DNA from: Candidatus Heimdallarchaeota archaeon
GTDB taxonomy: Archaea; Asgardarchaeota; Heimdallarchaeia; Heimdallarchaeales; Heimdallarchaeaceae
Length of the DNA stretch: 55,865 nt
NCBI GenBank assembly: GCA_016839945.1
Contig: JAEOTE010000146.1
Coordinates: 1 to 55,865, forward strand
Direction: 5' to 3'
In this document: positions 27,920 through 41,226 of the stretch, piece by piece
How positions within the stretch are numbered: the stretch's first letter is position 1
Layout of the letters: the number at the start of each line of letters is the position of its first letter
Position numbers and translations under genes: made by a program
The notes under the pieces: generated by a model
Database searches by the model: none
What the model was told of the DNA's origin: nothing
The model's input: the letters and a program-made list of their open reading frames with translations, nothing else

Positions 27920-29500
27920 TTGAATACAATGGAGTTACCTTCTGATTTTGAAAAGCATTTAGATGGATTGGAAATAGAGAAAAGAGATTATCAATTAGCA
28001 GCTGTAAAGGAAATTATTGAAAGCTATCCTGAAAGCTCTATATTGCTCAATTATCCCTATGGTACTGGTAAAACAATAATCACTCTACTAATATTTCTAG
28101 CAATAAAAAATGAAAATCCTTCAGCTAAGTTTGTTTTTACATCCGCAAGAGAAGCAGCGGGTTTAAGATGCCGTCAAGCATTGGAAATGGCTAAAAAATT
28201 CGGTTTCATAGAGAAAATAGGTTACTTGTATGATCCTACAGGCAAAGGATTAAGTCTCCGCCAAAAGAGTAAGATGTACGAAGCTTCGACTGTAATTTTT
28301 TCTCCCATAACTGCATTGATGAATGATTATATCGAAATTAAGAGTAAATTGAGAATAAATATTCTTGAAAACATAAATATGTATGTTATTGACGAAGCAA
28401 CGGATATTCTAGCTAGAGATATGTCTGGTTTTCGTTTAAGTAAGTATTTTGATGCTATTTTTAAAATGAGGGAAAAGGGAATCAAATTCCCCATTCTAGT
28501 TTTAACAGGAACTCGTGATAAACAGAAGGCGAATGCAATTATTAGACTCCTTGGGAAAGACACAACAAAATTCATGCAGAGACTTGATTTATCACCATAT
28601 GAAACAATAACCAAGATTCAGAAAATTAAACGCGAGGATTACATTAAAATCGACCAATTGATTTCAACACAACTAACAATACCCATTGAAACCATTCAGA
28701 AAAACCTTGATAAAAATCTTTCAAGATTAGAAATCATCAAACTTTCATATGGAGGGATTCTAGATAGATTACAATCTGAACATAAGGAGTACCCATTCAA
28801 AATCAGTAAATATACAATCAAGGATAAAGAGACTAAAGAAGAACTAACTACTGCTTTCTTACGTTTGTTTAAACTCACTCATTCAAGATTATTATTATTG
28901 GAATCAACACCAGGTGAATTTCTAAAATATATTGAAAGCGAAGAAAATAAAGAATTTTTTAAGACCATTATCGAAGCAAGTAAAGAGATGATATCATATC
29001 GTGTAGATCTACCAAGATATGATGAACCAGAAGAAAAAACTACAAGAGGATTAGTACAACCTAAAGTTAGTACAGCTCTAGATTTGATTCACGAGCACTT
29101 GATAAGAGGGGCTCAAATACTTCTTTTTACTAGATATTTAGCTTTGGGAGAACAGATCTATAGATTACTACAAGTTCTCAAGTATCCAGATGTTAAGTAT
29201 CTTTCAGGAAAATCTACTGAAGATATGAGACGTATAGCTTTAAAGGAATTTGAAGAAGGAAATGTAAATGTTTTAGTATTTACTCCCCTTGGAGGTAGAG
29301 GGTTAAATCTTGATGCAGCTGATGTTGTTATTCATTTAGACATAACCACTAATGTGGATGACATGATACAAAGACGAGAAAGAGCAAGAGGATGCTTAGA
29401 ATATGTTCTCGTTTTAGAGGGAACAAGTGAAGAAAAGAAAGTAAAAGAGTATGAAGAATTAATAAATAATGAAGAAAAAAAGGAGCAACCACCTGAGTAA
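27920..29500 (+). CDS. Divergent SF2 helicase, Hef/FANCM-like, no nuclease domain
   Basis: Q motif RDYQ, YGTGKT, IDEAT, LTGT, helical insertion, PKV, LLFTRY, GRGLNL, QRRERAR. Confidence 0.8.
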   Translation: MNTMELPSDFEKHLDGLEIEKRDYQLAAVKEIIESYPESSILLNYPYGTGKTIITLLIFLAIKNENPSAKFVFTSAREAAGLRCRQALEMAKKFGFIEKIGYLYDPTGKGLSLRQKSKMYEASTVIFSPITALMNDYIEIKSKLRINILENINMYVIDEATDILARDMSGFRLSKYFDAIFKMREKGIKFPILVLTGTRDKQKANAIIRLLGKDTTKFMQRLDLSPYETITKIQKIKREDYIKIDQLISTQLTIPIETIQKNLDKNLSRLEIIKLSYGGILDRLQSEHKEYPFKISKYTIKDKETKEELTTAFLRLFKLTHSRLLLLESTPGEFLKYIESEENKEFFKTIIEASKEMISYRVDLPRYDEPEEKTTRGLVQPKVSTALDLIHEHLIRGAQILLFTRYLALGEQIYRLLQVLKYPDVKYLSGKSTEDMRRIALKEFEEGNVNVLVFTPLGGRGLNLDAADVVIHLDITTNVDDMIQRRERARGCLEYVLVLEGTSEEKKVKEYEELINNEEKKEQPPE

Positions 29501-29576
29501 AAAAGGTGATCTTCTCCCTCCCTTGGGTCTCTTTAAGAAGAATCTCAGCATTTATCAGCTCTAAGGCTGATCATTA

Positions 29577-30467
29577 CTAGATTTTTTTCTCAAACAAGGA
29601 TGTGCTTGGTTGAGCGTAATTTACATTTAACTGTTCGAAATCTTTCTTGAGAGAAAGACGTTTTCCGAAAAGCCAAATGAGGAAATATTCTATATTCTCT
29701 TTCTTTGCGATTTTTGCAGCTTTTGTTGTAAGCTGTTTTAGGTATTTAACATCAGTAAAATATGTATGCGCAAGATTAGCAGAACTAGTATTAATTGGAT
29801 TTCTCCAGACTAGAGTAGTACCAACAAGTTCCTCATCCTCTTCAATAACTAAATGAGCGATACTGTTTTCTTCCTCACCAAGTTCTTCTACTATTCTTTT
29901 GATTCTTTCATCATCAGCTTCATCATATTTCTTAACTAATTTAACCCAAGCTTCTAAGTCTTTTTCTTTATCAAATTTCCTGATTTTACTTGTATCTTCT
30001 TTTTCGTCTATGTTGCTTACTTTAAGTGTGAAAAGTAGGTTATCAACATCTTTTACATATTTGAAACCATATTTGTTTGCCAAGTCTACTTGGTTTCCAC
30101 ATAAAGCAGAAGCATAGGTTTCAACTACTTCTACTCCCTTGTTTTTTAGAGTCTCTATCGCTTTCTCATAAAGCAATTCAGTAGCTTCTTCATGTTCAGG
30201 TAAAACTGAAGGGAATACTAAACTTGCTTTCTTTGGTTTACCTTCTTCTTCCTCTAATATACGAGTAGTAAGGAAACCAACCATCTCTTTTCCTTTGAAA
30301 CAATAATGTCTAGTCTCAGGATCGAAATTAGGTTGACCATATACTTCTTTCAACCTTTCAGCAGGAGTCTGATGAGCAAAAATCCATTTACTAGCAACCT
30401 TTATGCCGACTTTTGCCTGTTCTTCCTCGAAACCCTTCTGGAAATTCTTCAGTTCATAAGCTGACAT
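29577..30467 (-). CDS. Tandem GNAT-fold acetyltransferase-like protein
   Basis: Two repeats with MVGF/LVGT strands, LYEKAIETLK.KG and KYGF. Confidence 0.65.
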   Translation of the reverse strand: MSAYELKNFQKGFEEEQAKVGIKVASKWIFAHQTPAERLKEVYGQPNFDPETRHYCFKGKEMVGFLTTRILEEEEGKPKKASLVFPSVLPEHEEATELLYEKAIETLKNKGVEVVETYASALCGNQVDLANKYGFKYVKDVDNLLFTLKVSNIDEKEDTSKIRKFDKEKDLEAWVKLVKKYDEADDERIKRIVEELGEEENSIAHLVIEEDEELVGTTLVWRNPINTSSANLAHTYFTDVKYLKQLTTKAAKIAKKENIEYFLIWLFGKRLSLKKDFEQLNVNYAQPSTSLFEKKI

Positions 30468-30696
30468 ACATTGTCGGTTCTCTCATACCTTTATAAATTT
30501 TTCTTATATTGTGAGAATGTCGTCGCAGACACTAAAACATACGTCCGTTAGCATGAGAAAGAGAAACTAAAGAAACTTAGTGAACAATTTCAACAAATGG
30601 TTCTCAGAAAAGGAGCATTAATGCTTTGAACTTGATTCTTATTGTATTATCCGCGTAATTTTCTTTTAAAAATATAGAAGTAAAGGAAATACGTTT

Positions 30697-32328
30697 TTAC
30701 TCCATAACAAACATATTACCTCTATTGAATAACATTTGAGGATCCAGAGCTTGTTTAATAATACGCATTTGATCTACTCCTTCTTCTCCATACATAACAA
30801 CAAGATATTCAGTTTTGATTTTCCCAATACCGTGTTCTGCAGAAACTGATCCCCCAAATTCAACAGCTTTTTCCGCAAACTTTTTGTAAAGTTTCTTACC
30901 TAATTCCAACTCTTCCATGTTTCTAGGTAAGATATTTACATGGATATGTGAATCACCTATGTGTCCCCACATAACATATTCTAGACCATTTTCTTTCACT
31001 GTTTCATGGTAAATCTTCATCATTTCTCTAAAATGATTGTGTTCAACAGACATATCAGTGCCTAATTTGTGTATTCCAGGATGTTCACTCTTTCTTCTTG
31101 CTATAGTGCTATTTACAATTTCAGGGACAGCATGTCGCATAGCTCTAAAATTCTCTTTCTCTACTTCATCAAAAGCTGACCAACATGAGTCTATTGAAGA
31201 GTTGCATTCCATAGCCATATCATCTAATTTCATTATGATTTCTTCGAGTTTGTCTTCTGTATAAGGTATTTCAAAGAAAATTGCTGTTTTTGCATCCTCT
31301 GGAATTGTTGCTAAGTTTGCTAAAGCAGGATTTGTGTCTTTTTTGCTTTTTAGTAACTCAAAGGAATTTTCATCAAAAAATTCCATATACTCAACTGCAA
31401 GTTCTTTGTCTTCTCGAAGCTTTTCAACAAAATTAATTGAATCTTCTTCTGACTGGAAAAACATAACATTAGGAAGACCATCTATTCTTTTGGTAAGCCA
31501 TAAATCTACTTCAGTAATCATTCCAAATAATCCTTCAGAACCTATGAAGAGATCTATCAAATCCATTCCTTTCTCTGCCCACAAACCTGCAGCGTTTTTT
31601 GCTTTAGGCATTTGATACGTAGGAATTTCTATCTCTATTTCTTGATTTGATTTTTTTATAATGAACTTACCATTTTCTTCCTTGTATTGTCCTCTTAAAA
31701 CATCTAATACTTCACCTGTATCAATTACAATTCTGAGTTGTCTAATCCAAGGTCTCATAGCCCCATACTTGAATGATCGAGCACCTGATGCATTTGCAGC
31801 TATGGAACCTCCAACTGCTGCTGTCATTTCTGTTGGATCTACAGGAAAAATATAAGAATCTTTATCATTTTTGAATTCTGCTACCCAATTTTTATCTTCA
31901 AATAGATTGTGTTCTTCTGTAAGCTCTTTATGCTTAAGCACATCTTCTAATTTTTCTAGAGTAATCCCAGGTTGAACTCTAACAAAATATTTCTGAGCTT
32001 CTTCATCAAAACCTAATCCAAGAACTTCAGTCATTTGGTCAGTAGAAATAACTGCACCATTGAAAGGCACTGCACTACCTACTATTCCTGTTCTTCCTCC
32101 TGAAATTGTAATAGGAATATTCTCTTCACGCATTTTTTTAACAATTGAAACAACATCTGCTTCCTTCTCTGGGAAGAATAACCAATTTGCTGAACCTCCA
32201 GCCAATTTAGATTCATCTATAAGATAATCAGAATGAGAAGTAGATATAACATCTGATCCTTTCACTTGTTGAACATCTTCAAATAAAGAGCCCGGTATTT
32301 CCTTTGCTTCGATTAAATTAGCAACCAT
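30697..32328 (-). CDS. FAD-linked oxidase/dehydrogenase (GlcD/D-lactate dehydrogenase family)
   Basis: SGGRTG, PVDPT, GGSIAANASG, FIGSEG, GHIGDSHIH, SAEHGIGK, DP..FNRG. Confidence 0.92.
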   Translation of the reverse strand: MVANLIEAKEIPGSLFEDVQQVKGSDVISTSHSDYLIDESKLAGGSANWLFFPEKEADVVSIVKKMREENIPITISGGRTGIVGSAVPFNGAVISTDQMTEVLGLGFDEEAQKYFVRVQPGITLEKLEDVLKHKELTEEHNLFEDKNWVAEFKNDKDSYIFPVDPTEMTAAVGGSIAANASGARSFKYGAMRPWIRQLRIVIDTGEVLDVLRGQYKEENGKFIIKKSNQEIEIEIPTYQMPKAKNAAGLWAEKGMDLIDLFIGSEGLFGMITEVDLWLTKRIDGLPNVMFFQSEEDSINFVEKLREDKELAVEYMEFFDENSFELLKSKKDTNPALANLATIPEDAKTAIFFEIPYTEDKLEEIIMKLDDMAMECNSSIDSCWSAFDEVEKENFRAMRHAVPEIVNSTIARRKSEHPGIHKLGTDMSVEHNHFREMMKIYHETVKENGLEYVMWGHIGDSHIHVNILPRNMEELELGKKLYKKFAEKAVEFGGSVSAEHGIGKIKTEYLVVMYGEEGVDQMRIIKQALDPQMLFNRGNMFVME

Positions 32329-32464
32329 CATAATCACAAACTTAACTGTTTATCTCTTAATCTGTTGAATTTTGGGAAGAATAAAAATCTTCAGTTTTAT
32401 CAAACATTCCATTTTATACAAGAAAAGAATAAAAGCAACAAATTACTCTATTAGATGAAACACA

Positions 32465-33580
32465 ATGGTCATCAAAGAAATTTCAAAACAAGAAGCTTAT
32501 GATCTTGTAACTGGGGCAAAAATTCTAGCCTGTGGGGGAGGAGGAAGTGAAAAAAACGCTATAAGAAATATAAACCAAATCTACGAAAAAGGAGATTATT
32601 TTTCCATAGCAGATTTATCTGATTTTAAGGAAGAGGACCACATTTGTATAATTGGCATGGTTGGAGGGGGAATTACAACAGAAGAGAAGAAGATAGTTGA
32701 GAATCTTTCTGTTGTACAAAAAAAACCCATGATGGAAGCAGTCAAACAGCTCGAAAACTTTCTAGACATTAATTTTAGCGCTTTTGTTGCCACAGAACTG
32801 GGACCAAACAATAGCATCATACCCCTGATGGTAGCAGCACAAATGGGAAAGACAGGAATAAATGGAGATTGTTGTGGTCGAAGCAAACCAAAAATATCTA
32901 TTAGCACAACTAGAGTTGCTGGAATTCCAATTACTCCATTTTCCATTGTAAATCATTACGGTGATGTTCAAATTGTCAAAAAAACAGTTAATGATATTCG
33001 AGGAGAGATAATTGCTAGAGAAGCTTCTAAGATATCTGGAGGATCCGTTAGTGTAGCTAGATGTCCGATGACTATTAAGCAAGCACAAACTGCTGTTATT
33101 CCAAATACCTTTTCTCTTGCAATTCAAGTAGGTCAGAAAATCAGGGAGGTAAATGAAAAAGGTGATAGTCCTCTCGATGTGATTAAAGAAGTTCTTCCTG
33201 ATTCTAGATTGGTCTTTTCAGGTAAAGTAAAAGATTTTTCTCGAATTGAAAAAAGTGGTTTTACATCAGGTGAGATAATACTTGAATCTACTGAAAAAAC
33301 GAAACAGCATTTGAAAATTTGGTATCAAAATGAATATCTGCTCTCTTGGTTGAATGATAAACATTATATCACATGTCCTGATGGTTTTTATATTATAGAT
33401 TCTCAAACTGGATTTGGATTAACTCCATGGGAAGAAGATTTCAATGAAGGGAGAGAAATTACTGTTTTTACCAGAGATGCTCCTGAAATTTGGCAATCAA
33501 AGCAAGGCTTAGAGGTTTTTGGTCCAAAGGCTTTTGACAAAAATTGGTCAGATTATAGAAAATCTAGCTCCTTTGATTGA
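32465..33580 (+). CDS. DUF917-family protein
   Basis: GA.ILACGGGG, ELGP.NS, GDCCGR..P, WYQNEYL, TCPD, FGP. Confidence 0.85.
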   Translation: MVIKEISKQEAYDLVTGAKILACGGGGSEKNAIRNINQIYEKGDYFSIADLSDFKEEDHICIIGMVGGGITTEEKKIVENLSVVQKKPMMEAVKQLENFLDINFSAFVATELGPNNSIIPLMVAAQMGKTGINGDCCGRSKPKISISTTRVAGIPITPFSIVNHYGDVQIVKKTVNDIRGEIIAREASKISGGSVSVARCPMTIKQAQTAVIPNTFSLAIQVGQKIREVNEKGDSPLDVIKEVLPDSRLVFSGKVKDFSRIEKSGFTSGEIILESTEKTKQHLKIWYQNEYLLSWLNDKHYITCPDGFYIIDSQTGFGLTPWEEDFNEGREITVFTRDAPEIWQSKQGLEVFGPKAFDKNWSDYRKSSSFD

Positions 33581-33590
33581 AAACATCTAT

Positions 33591-36725
<3,135 letters not shown>

Positions 36726-36745
36726 TTAGAACTTATACTAAACTT

Positions 36746-37729
36746 TTATGTTCTATTTGCTGTAATACTTCCAGTTGTAACTGTTATGTCAAATTCTAAT
36801 TGACCCATTCCACCTTGACTTATAGTGTTAGAAGGTACATCAGTATCTCCAGTTACTATGGAAGTAGTGAAACTAGTACCAATATTTGTATCTAGATCTA
36901 GTTGTAAATCGACATTTCCTGTTGTAATACCAATATCAAAGGTATGGTTAGTTAATATGCTGGTCTGTTCCCAGAATAAACTAAAAGGTCCTGTAGTTAT
37001 CTGAATCCCAAAATCTAGATTTGATGTAATATCTAGCTCATAAAAATCGAAAACTGCTTCTCCAGTTATTACTGTAACTTGGAATGTATCTACATCTAAT
37101 ATAATGCTTGCATCAAAACCAAGATAAATGTCTCCTGTAGTTACTGATACCAATAAATCTCCTGTAACAACATTATCCTCAGCTAAATCCAATTCCAAAT
37201 CACCTGTTGTAACATGTAGGTTTACAATTTCAGTTTCAACATCAGGTTGTAATGAGTCAACATATATACCTCCTGTTATAGAGCTCATATCTAAAATGAG
37301 TTTTGCTTTATAATCTACTCTTATTTCTATTTCATGGGAAAAACGATAAATAATTCGAGTTGGGTCTGCTTCAATAAACTCTAATGTGTAATTCCCTTCT
37401 CCATCATCAGTTATTGTCCAATAATCAGCTTTTTCAGGATAATCGTCTTCTAGTTCTTTTGGTCCACTGACAAGATTATCAATCTCTATTATATTTCCAC
37501 TTGACATAGTATCAGAAATAACATTTATACTTGCAGTTGTTGCATCACAATTGATATAGATATTAGGATTTAAAACTCCACTAGGATAAGTCTCATTATC
37601 GCTTAAAGTTCCATAATCAACATATTTTATTCCTTCTCCATCCCAAACAAAGTAAACAATAGCTCCAGTTATTCCACCGATAACAATAAGACTGCCTATT
37701 ATAATTCCTATAGTATTACTTAATCGCAT
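36746..37729 (-). CDS. Membrane-anchored beta-solenoid protein (DUF4097/adhesin-like)
   Basis: N-terminal TM; repeated (V/I)TTG(D/S) units about every 25 aa. Confidence 0.7.
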   Translation of the reverse strand: MRLSNTIGIIIGSLIVIGGITGAIVYFVWDGEGIKYVDYGTLSDNETYPSGVLNPNIYINCDATTASINVISDTMSSGNIIEIDNLVSGPKELEDDYPEKADYWTITDDGEGNYTLEFIEADPTRIIYRFSHEIEIRVDYKAKLILDMSSITGGIYVDSLQPDVETEIVNLHVTTGDLELDLAEDNVVTGDLLVSVTTGDIYLGFDASIILDVDTFQVTVITGEAVFDFYELDITSNLDFGIQITTGPFSLFWEQTSILTNHTFDIGITTGNVDLQLDLDTNIGTSFTTSIVTGDTDVPSNTISQGGMGQLEFDITVTTGSITANRT

Positions 37730-37813
37730 GCATATTTTTTGTTAAAAGCAATAAATAAACCTAGCCATTTCAAAAAATGGATAATAGAATTAAATCAATT
37801 CATTTCTTTCTTT

Positions 37814-38680
37814 TTATTCCTTAGGTGTAGGGCACACTGTTGCCATTACTGCACCTTTTCCTGAAGATAGGGCCATCACAGGTGACATTTCCCAGTAGTG
37901 TGTTTCATTGATTTTTATAACTTTCTTAATTTCTTCTTCATATTCTTTTACTAAGTCAGGATTTAATGCATCACACATGAAAAGATCATATGTAACCTTA
38001 GAATCTGTTCTTTTTTGAATTTCTGCAATCATTTTCTTAATTGCACTATTATAACTAAGTCCAGCTCCGATACCTATCACACCATCTTCTATTGTAAAAT
38101 GAGCTATAGGCTTCATATTAAGCAGAGAAACTAATATTCCTTTAGCGGAACCTCTTCTTACTTTTCCAGATTTGAAGAGAGACTCGACATCAATTGTCAC
38201 ACCGATGGAATAAATATCATCTCTAATACTATCACAGAATGAAGTGATTTCTTCTATGGATTTTCCTTTTTTCAACAATTTTAGAGCATTATAGACCATT
38301 GCCCCTTGTGGACCAACAGCTAGTTCTGTTGGATAGTGGGTTATCTTTATTTTTTTCTCAAAACGCTTAGCAGCTAGTCTTACTACATTCATTTGGTTAG
38401 AAATTACAGGAGTAAGCCCCAAGTACAAAACTTCGTCATATCCTTCATTTATTACTTGATTAAAAACTTCTATGGCGTCTTCAGGAAGTACTTGACTAGA
38501 TGTAGGATAAGGATCTCTGTCATGAAGACTTTCAATAAACTCTTTTCTATCTAGTCCAGTGAGTTCTCTATATTCTTCGCCTTCTATCAATAGAACTGAT
38601 TCAAAAAATCCAATATTTTCTTCCTTCATTAATTTTAAAGGAAGAAGAGAAGAAGCATCAGTTAAAAGTTTAATTTTCAT
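37814..38680 (-). CDS. DegV/FakB fatty-acid-binding protein
   Basis: LLTDASS, PTSSQ, L.KSGKV, LLNMKPI, MSPVM...G.GA. Start refined to MKIKLL. Confidence 0.85.
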   Translation of the reverse strand: MKIKLLTDASSLLPLKLMKEENIGFFESVLLIEGEEYRELTGLDRKEFIESLHDRDPYPTSSQVLPEDAIEVFNQVINEGYDEVLYLGLTPVISNQMNVVRLAAKRFEKKIKITHYPTELAVGPQGAMVYNALKLLKKGKSIEEITSFCDSIRDDIYSIGVTIDVESLFKSGKVRRGSAKGILVSLLNMKPIAHFTIEDGVIGIGAGLSYNSAIKKMIAEIQKRTDSKVTYDLFMCDALNPDLVKEYEEEIKKVIKINETHYWEMSPVMALSSGKGAVMATVCPTPKE

Positions 38681-38793
38681 AATGTTGGTAAATTTATATG
38701 GTACTATAAAAATAATTGTTTCTTCATTTCCTAAGCGTATAGAAAACATAAATATTTAGTTCTACTGGTAAATTATTTCCGATTACTAATTAC

Positions 38794-39108
38794 TTAATCA
38801 GAAACATTCACATTCTTTTCTTCTTTTCTGTAGATAAATCCTAAAATAGAAATTACAATTCCAGGAATTGGACCAAATATTAGACCAATAATAAATGGTG
38901 TGTGAACTGCGGGGGCTACACCTGCAAGTATTAATCCTGTCATAGATCCTACAAATAGCACTCCAAAAAATATTGATAAGAACAGGAGAAGACGTGCGTT
39001 GCTTTTTGCATAGCATCTGAAAGAACAATAAGCACTTTTTTGGAAAGTCCAGTATGCACTGATTTTATTTGCACCACATGATGAACATTTCCTGTTCTCT
39101 GAATCCAT
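38794..39108 (-). CDS. Small Zn-finger plus two-TM protein
   Basis: CSSCG...YCSFRC followed by two hydrophobic helices. Confidence 0.7.
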   Translation of the reverse strand: MDSENRKCSSCGANKISAYWTFQKSAYCSFRCYAKSNARLLLFLSIFFGVLFVGSMTGLILAGVAPAVHTPFIIGLIFGPIPGIVISILGFIYRKEEKNVNVSD

Positions 39109-39176
39109 AAGAACATGAAAATTAAAGGTATTTAAACTTAAGTGATGTATGCAATAAAATCAAGTTTTTATGGATT

Positions 39177-40058
39177 TTAATTAACTTGATTCTCTTCTTC
39201 CTCTGAAGATGTGATTGTCTTTGATTCTTCTTTTTCTCCTTTAACTATCATTGTTTTTAGATTCATTATTATTATTCCAATTACAATGCATACTATTCCA
39301 ATTATCTGGATAGTTACTATTGTTTCATTAACTATTATTAATCCAAATACAATTGTAAATATTATACTCATTGATGCAAAACTTGGAACTACAATATTCG
39401 CTCTAGCCATAGTAAAAGCAAATTGTGTATATCCAAGTGTGAGAATAGCAAAAGCAAAGGTTACAAATGTGAATATTAATGCTAGTTCATTGATATCTGA
39501 AACTCTTTTAGCAAGAGTTTGAAGTGCCATGAAACTTCCAGCAATCAAACCTAATAGAACACCCTTAATAAAAGAAGGTTTTCGGAAAGCAAAAATACTG
39601 ACAATTATTGAAAGAATTATTATTACACCTAGGGCGATTAAGAAATTTAATAGCACAAATTCTTCTCGCTGTAATTCTTCAGGCGCTCTCGCTACTACGT
39701 TTATTAAAACAGTTCCCGCAATAATGATTACACTCCCCAAAATTTCATATTTTGAAAATGGTTCTTTTAACACTATAAAAGAGAAAACGAATAGACTAAT
39801 CATCCCAATGCCTTCCAAAGGCGCAATTAAATTCATGGGAGTATGAAAAACAGCAAGTGGAATCCATTGTATGAACATGAATGAAGCTGTTAATACTGTA
39901 CCAAAGATCCACACTCCAGAGTGTTTACTTTTTACTGTTTTGTCTACCTTAAATCCTTCAATCGCATATTTTTGTATTCCCTTTCCAATATAGAGCATGA
40001 TGTATGCAATAAAACCAATTAGCAATCCAAAAAACAAGTCTGTGTTGAAGGACGACAT
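39177..40058 (-). CDS. DMT/NIPA-like transporter
   Basis: About 9 TMs; G.GIQK, W..G, P..LIAPL, LKE motifs. Confidence 0.8.
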   Translation of the reverse strand: MSSFNTDLFFGLLIGFIAYIMLYIGKGIQKYAIEGFKVDKTVKSKHSGVWIFGTVLTASFMFIQWIPLAVFHTPMNLIAPLEGIGMISLFVFSFIVLKEPFSKYEILGSVIIIAGTVLINVVARAPEELQREEFVLLNFLIALGVIIILSIIVSIFAFRKPSFIKGVLLGLIAGSFMALQTLAKRVSDINELALIFTFVTFAFAILTLGYTQFAFTMARANIVVPSFASMSIIFTIVFGLIIVNETIVTIQIIGIVCIVIGIIIMNLKTMIVKGEKEESKTITSSEEEENQVN

Positions 40059-40068
40059 AACATTCAGC

Positions 40069-40096
40069 TTATGAATTTTTCATAACAATTTGTTAT
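40069..40096. promoter_or_regulatory. Two overlapping palindromes at the DMT promoter
   Basis: TTATGAA-TTT-TTCATAA (40069-40085) and ATAACAA-T-TTGTTAT (40082-40096), next to a minus-strand TTTTATAA. Confidence 0.35.
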
Positions 40097-40169
40097 AAAA
40101 ATTCTTTCTAGGTATAATGTTGTAATCAATTATAACAAACGAAGATTTGAAAAAAAAAGAAAAAGGAAA

Positions 40170-41051
40170 TTATATTAATAGAAAGAATTCGTCTAAATTA
40201 CCATCGTATTCCTCAGGAATCATAACTCCATTTTGAAATTTGAAATTTGCAGAGGCATAATCAAAAGCTTCTTCCATTGTTGTTCTAGGATTTGAGTTAA
40301 AATAGTTTATCAAAGTAAATTCAAGAAAATAGTATGTCCATAAACCATTATTAAATTCAGGTGCATCCCAGCCCAAACCTTTATCTGTGCAAGCTGCTCC
40401 AAAATAGATTTTTTCACTATTAGATATGTTAAGTAATTCAGGCCCAAAACCTCCAGCGAAACAGTGATCTATAAAAACAAAAATCTGTTCTGCAATTGCT
40501 AATTCGAGTATTGATGCTAGTTCAAAGTCCCAAAAACGTCCATCTTCACCTCTCTCAGGCATACCATAATCCCACATGCAGAGAAGACTTGCTCCTTTGC
40601 CCGCTGTAGACCCATGTCCAGAAGTAATAAATGAGATAGAGTCTTTTATGCCAGCATTAGATATAACATAGTAGAGGGCTTGTTTTACATTGTATTCAGT
40701 AGCTAAACCATCATATTGATAATAATAACTAGAATTATCACCAAGAACTAGAATATGCTCGTATCCAAGTCCTGTTAGATATAAATACCAATCATTTGCA
40801 TCATCATCGCAGAAATTAAGATCTCCAATTGCTTTGTAATCACTTATACCAATTATTATTGCCCAGTGTTCTCCTTTGCCATAAGCAGGAGGGTCTATAG
40901 GACAAGATAATTCTGCTGTAGTTTCAGGAGCATAGTCTAGTGATAAATCAATAAATCTTGTAGAATAAACAGAATTTGGTGGAATAAGAAAACCTAGAAA
41001 AAGACTTAGAAGAATAACTGAAGTAATTGTTGCGGTTTTTATATATTTCAT
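40170..41051 (-). CDS. Exported caspase-like (clan CD) cysteine peptidase
   Basis: Signal/TM; WAIIIGISDY, LNFCDDDA, TSGHG (His), FIDHCFAGG (Cys). Confidence 0.85.
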   Translation of the reverse strand: MKYIKTATITSVILLSLFLGFLIPPNSVYSTRFIDLSLDYAPETTAELSCPIDPPAYGKGEHWAIIIGISDYKAIGDLNFCDDDANDWYLYLTGLGYEHILVLGDNSSYYYQYDGLATEYNVKQALYYVISNAGIKDSISFITSGHGSTAGKGASLLCMWDYGMPERGEDGRFWDFELASILELAIAEQIFVFIDHCFAGGFGPELLNISNSEKIYFGAACTDKGLGWDAPEFNNGLWTYYFLEFTLINYFNSNPRTTMEEAFDYASANFKFQNGVMIPEEYDGNLDEFFLLI

Positions 41052-41226
41052 TATATTCACCAATATTTGATGATACAGTAACAAAAAGAAGCTAAAATAT
41101 CATTATTTTTCTTTAAAAAATTAAAGTGCCTTATCTTAATCTTATTAATCACTATCCTTAAGACTTTTAATTGAATCATGCTAATTCAAAGAAAATAGAA
41201 TTTTGCTAATAAAATAGCCTTTTTAA

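Noticed and set aside
30518-30628. Short ORFs downstream of the palindromic TTTATAAA box
   Set aside because: Only a 17-aa ORF and stop-interrupted frames with no recognisable motif; the box is explained by the GNAT promoter.
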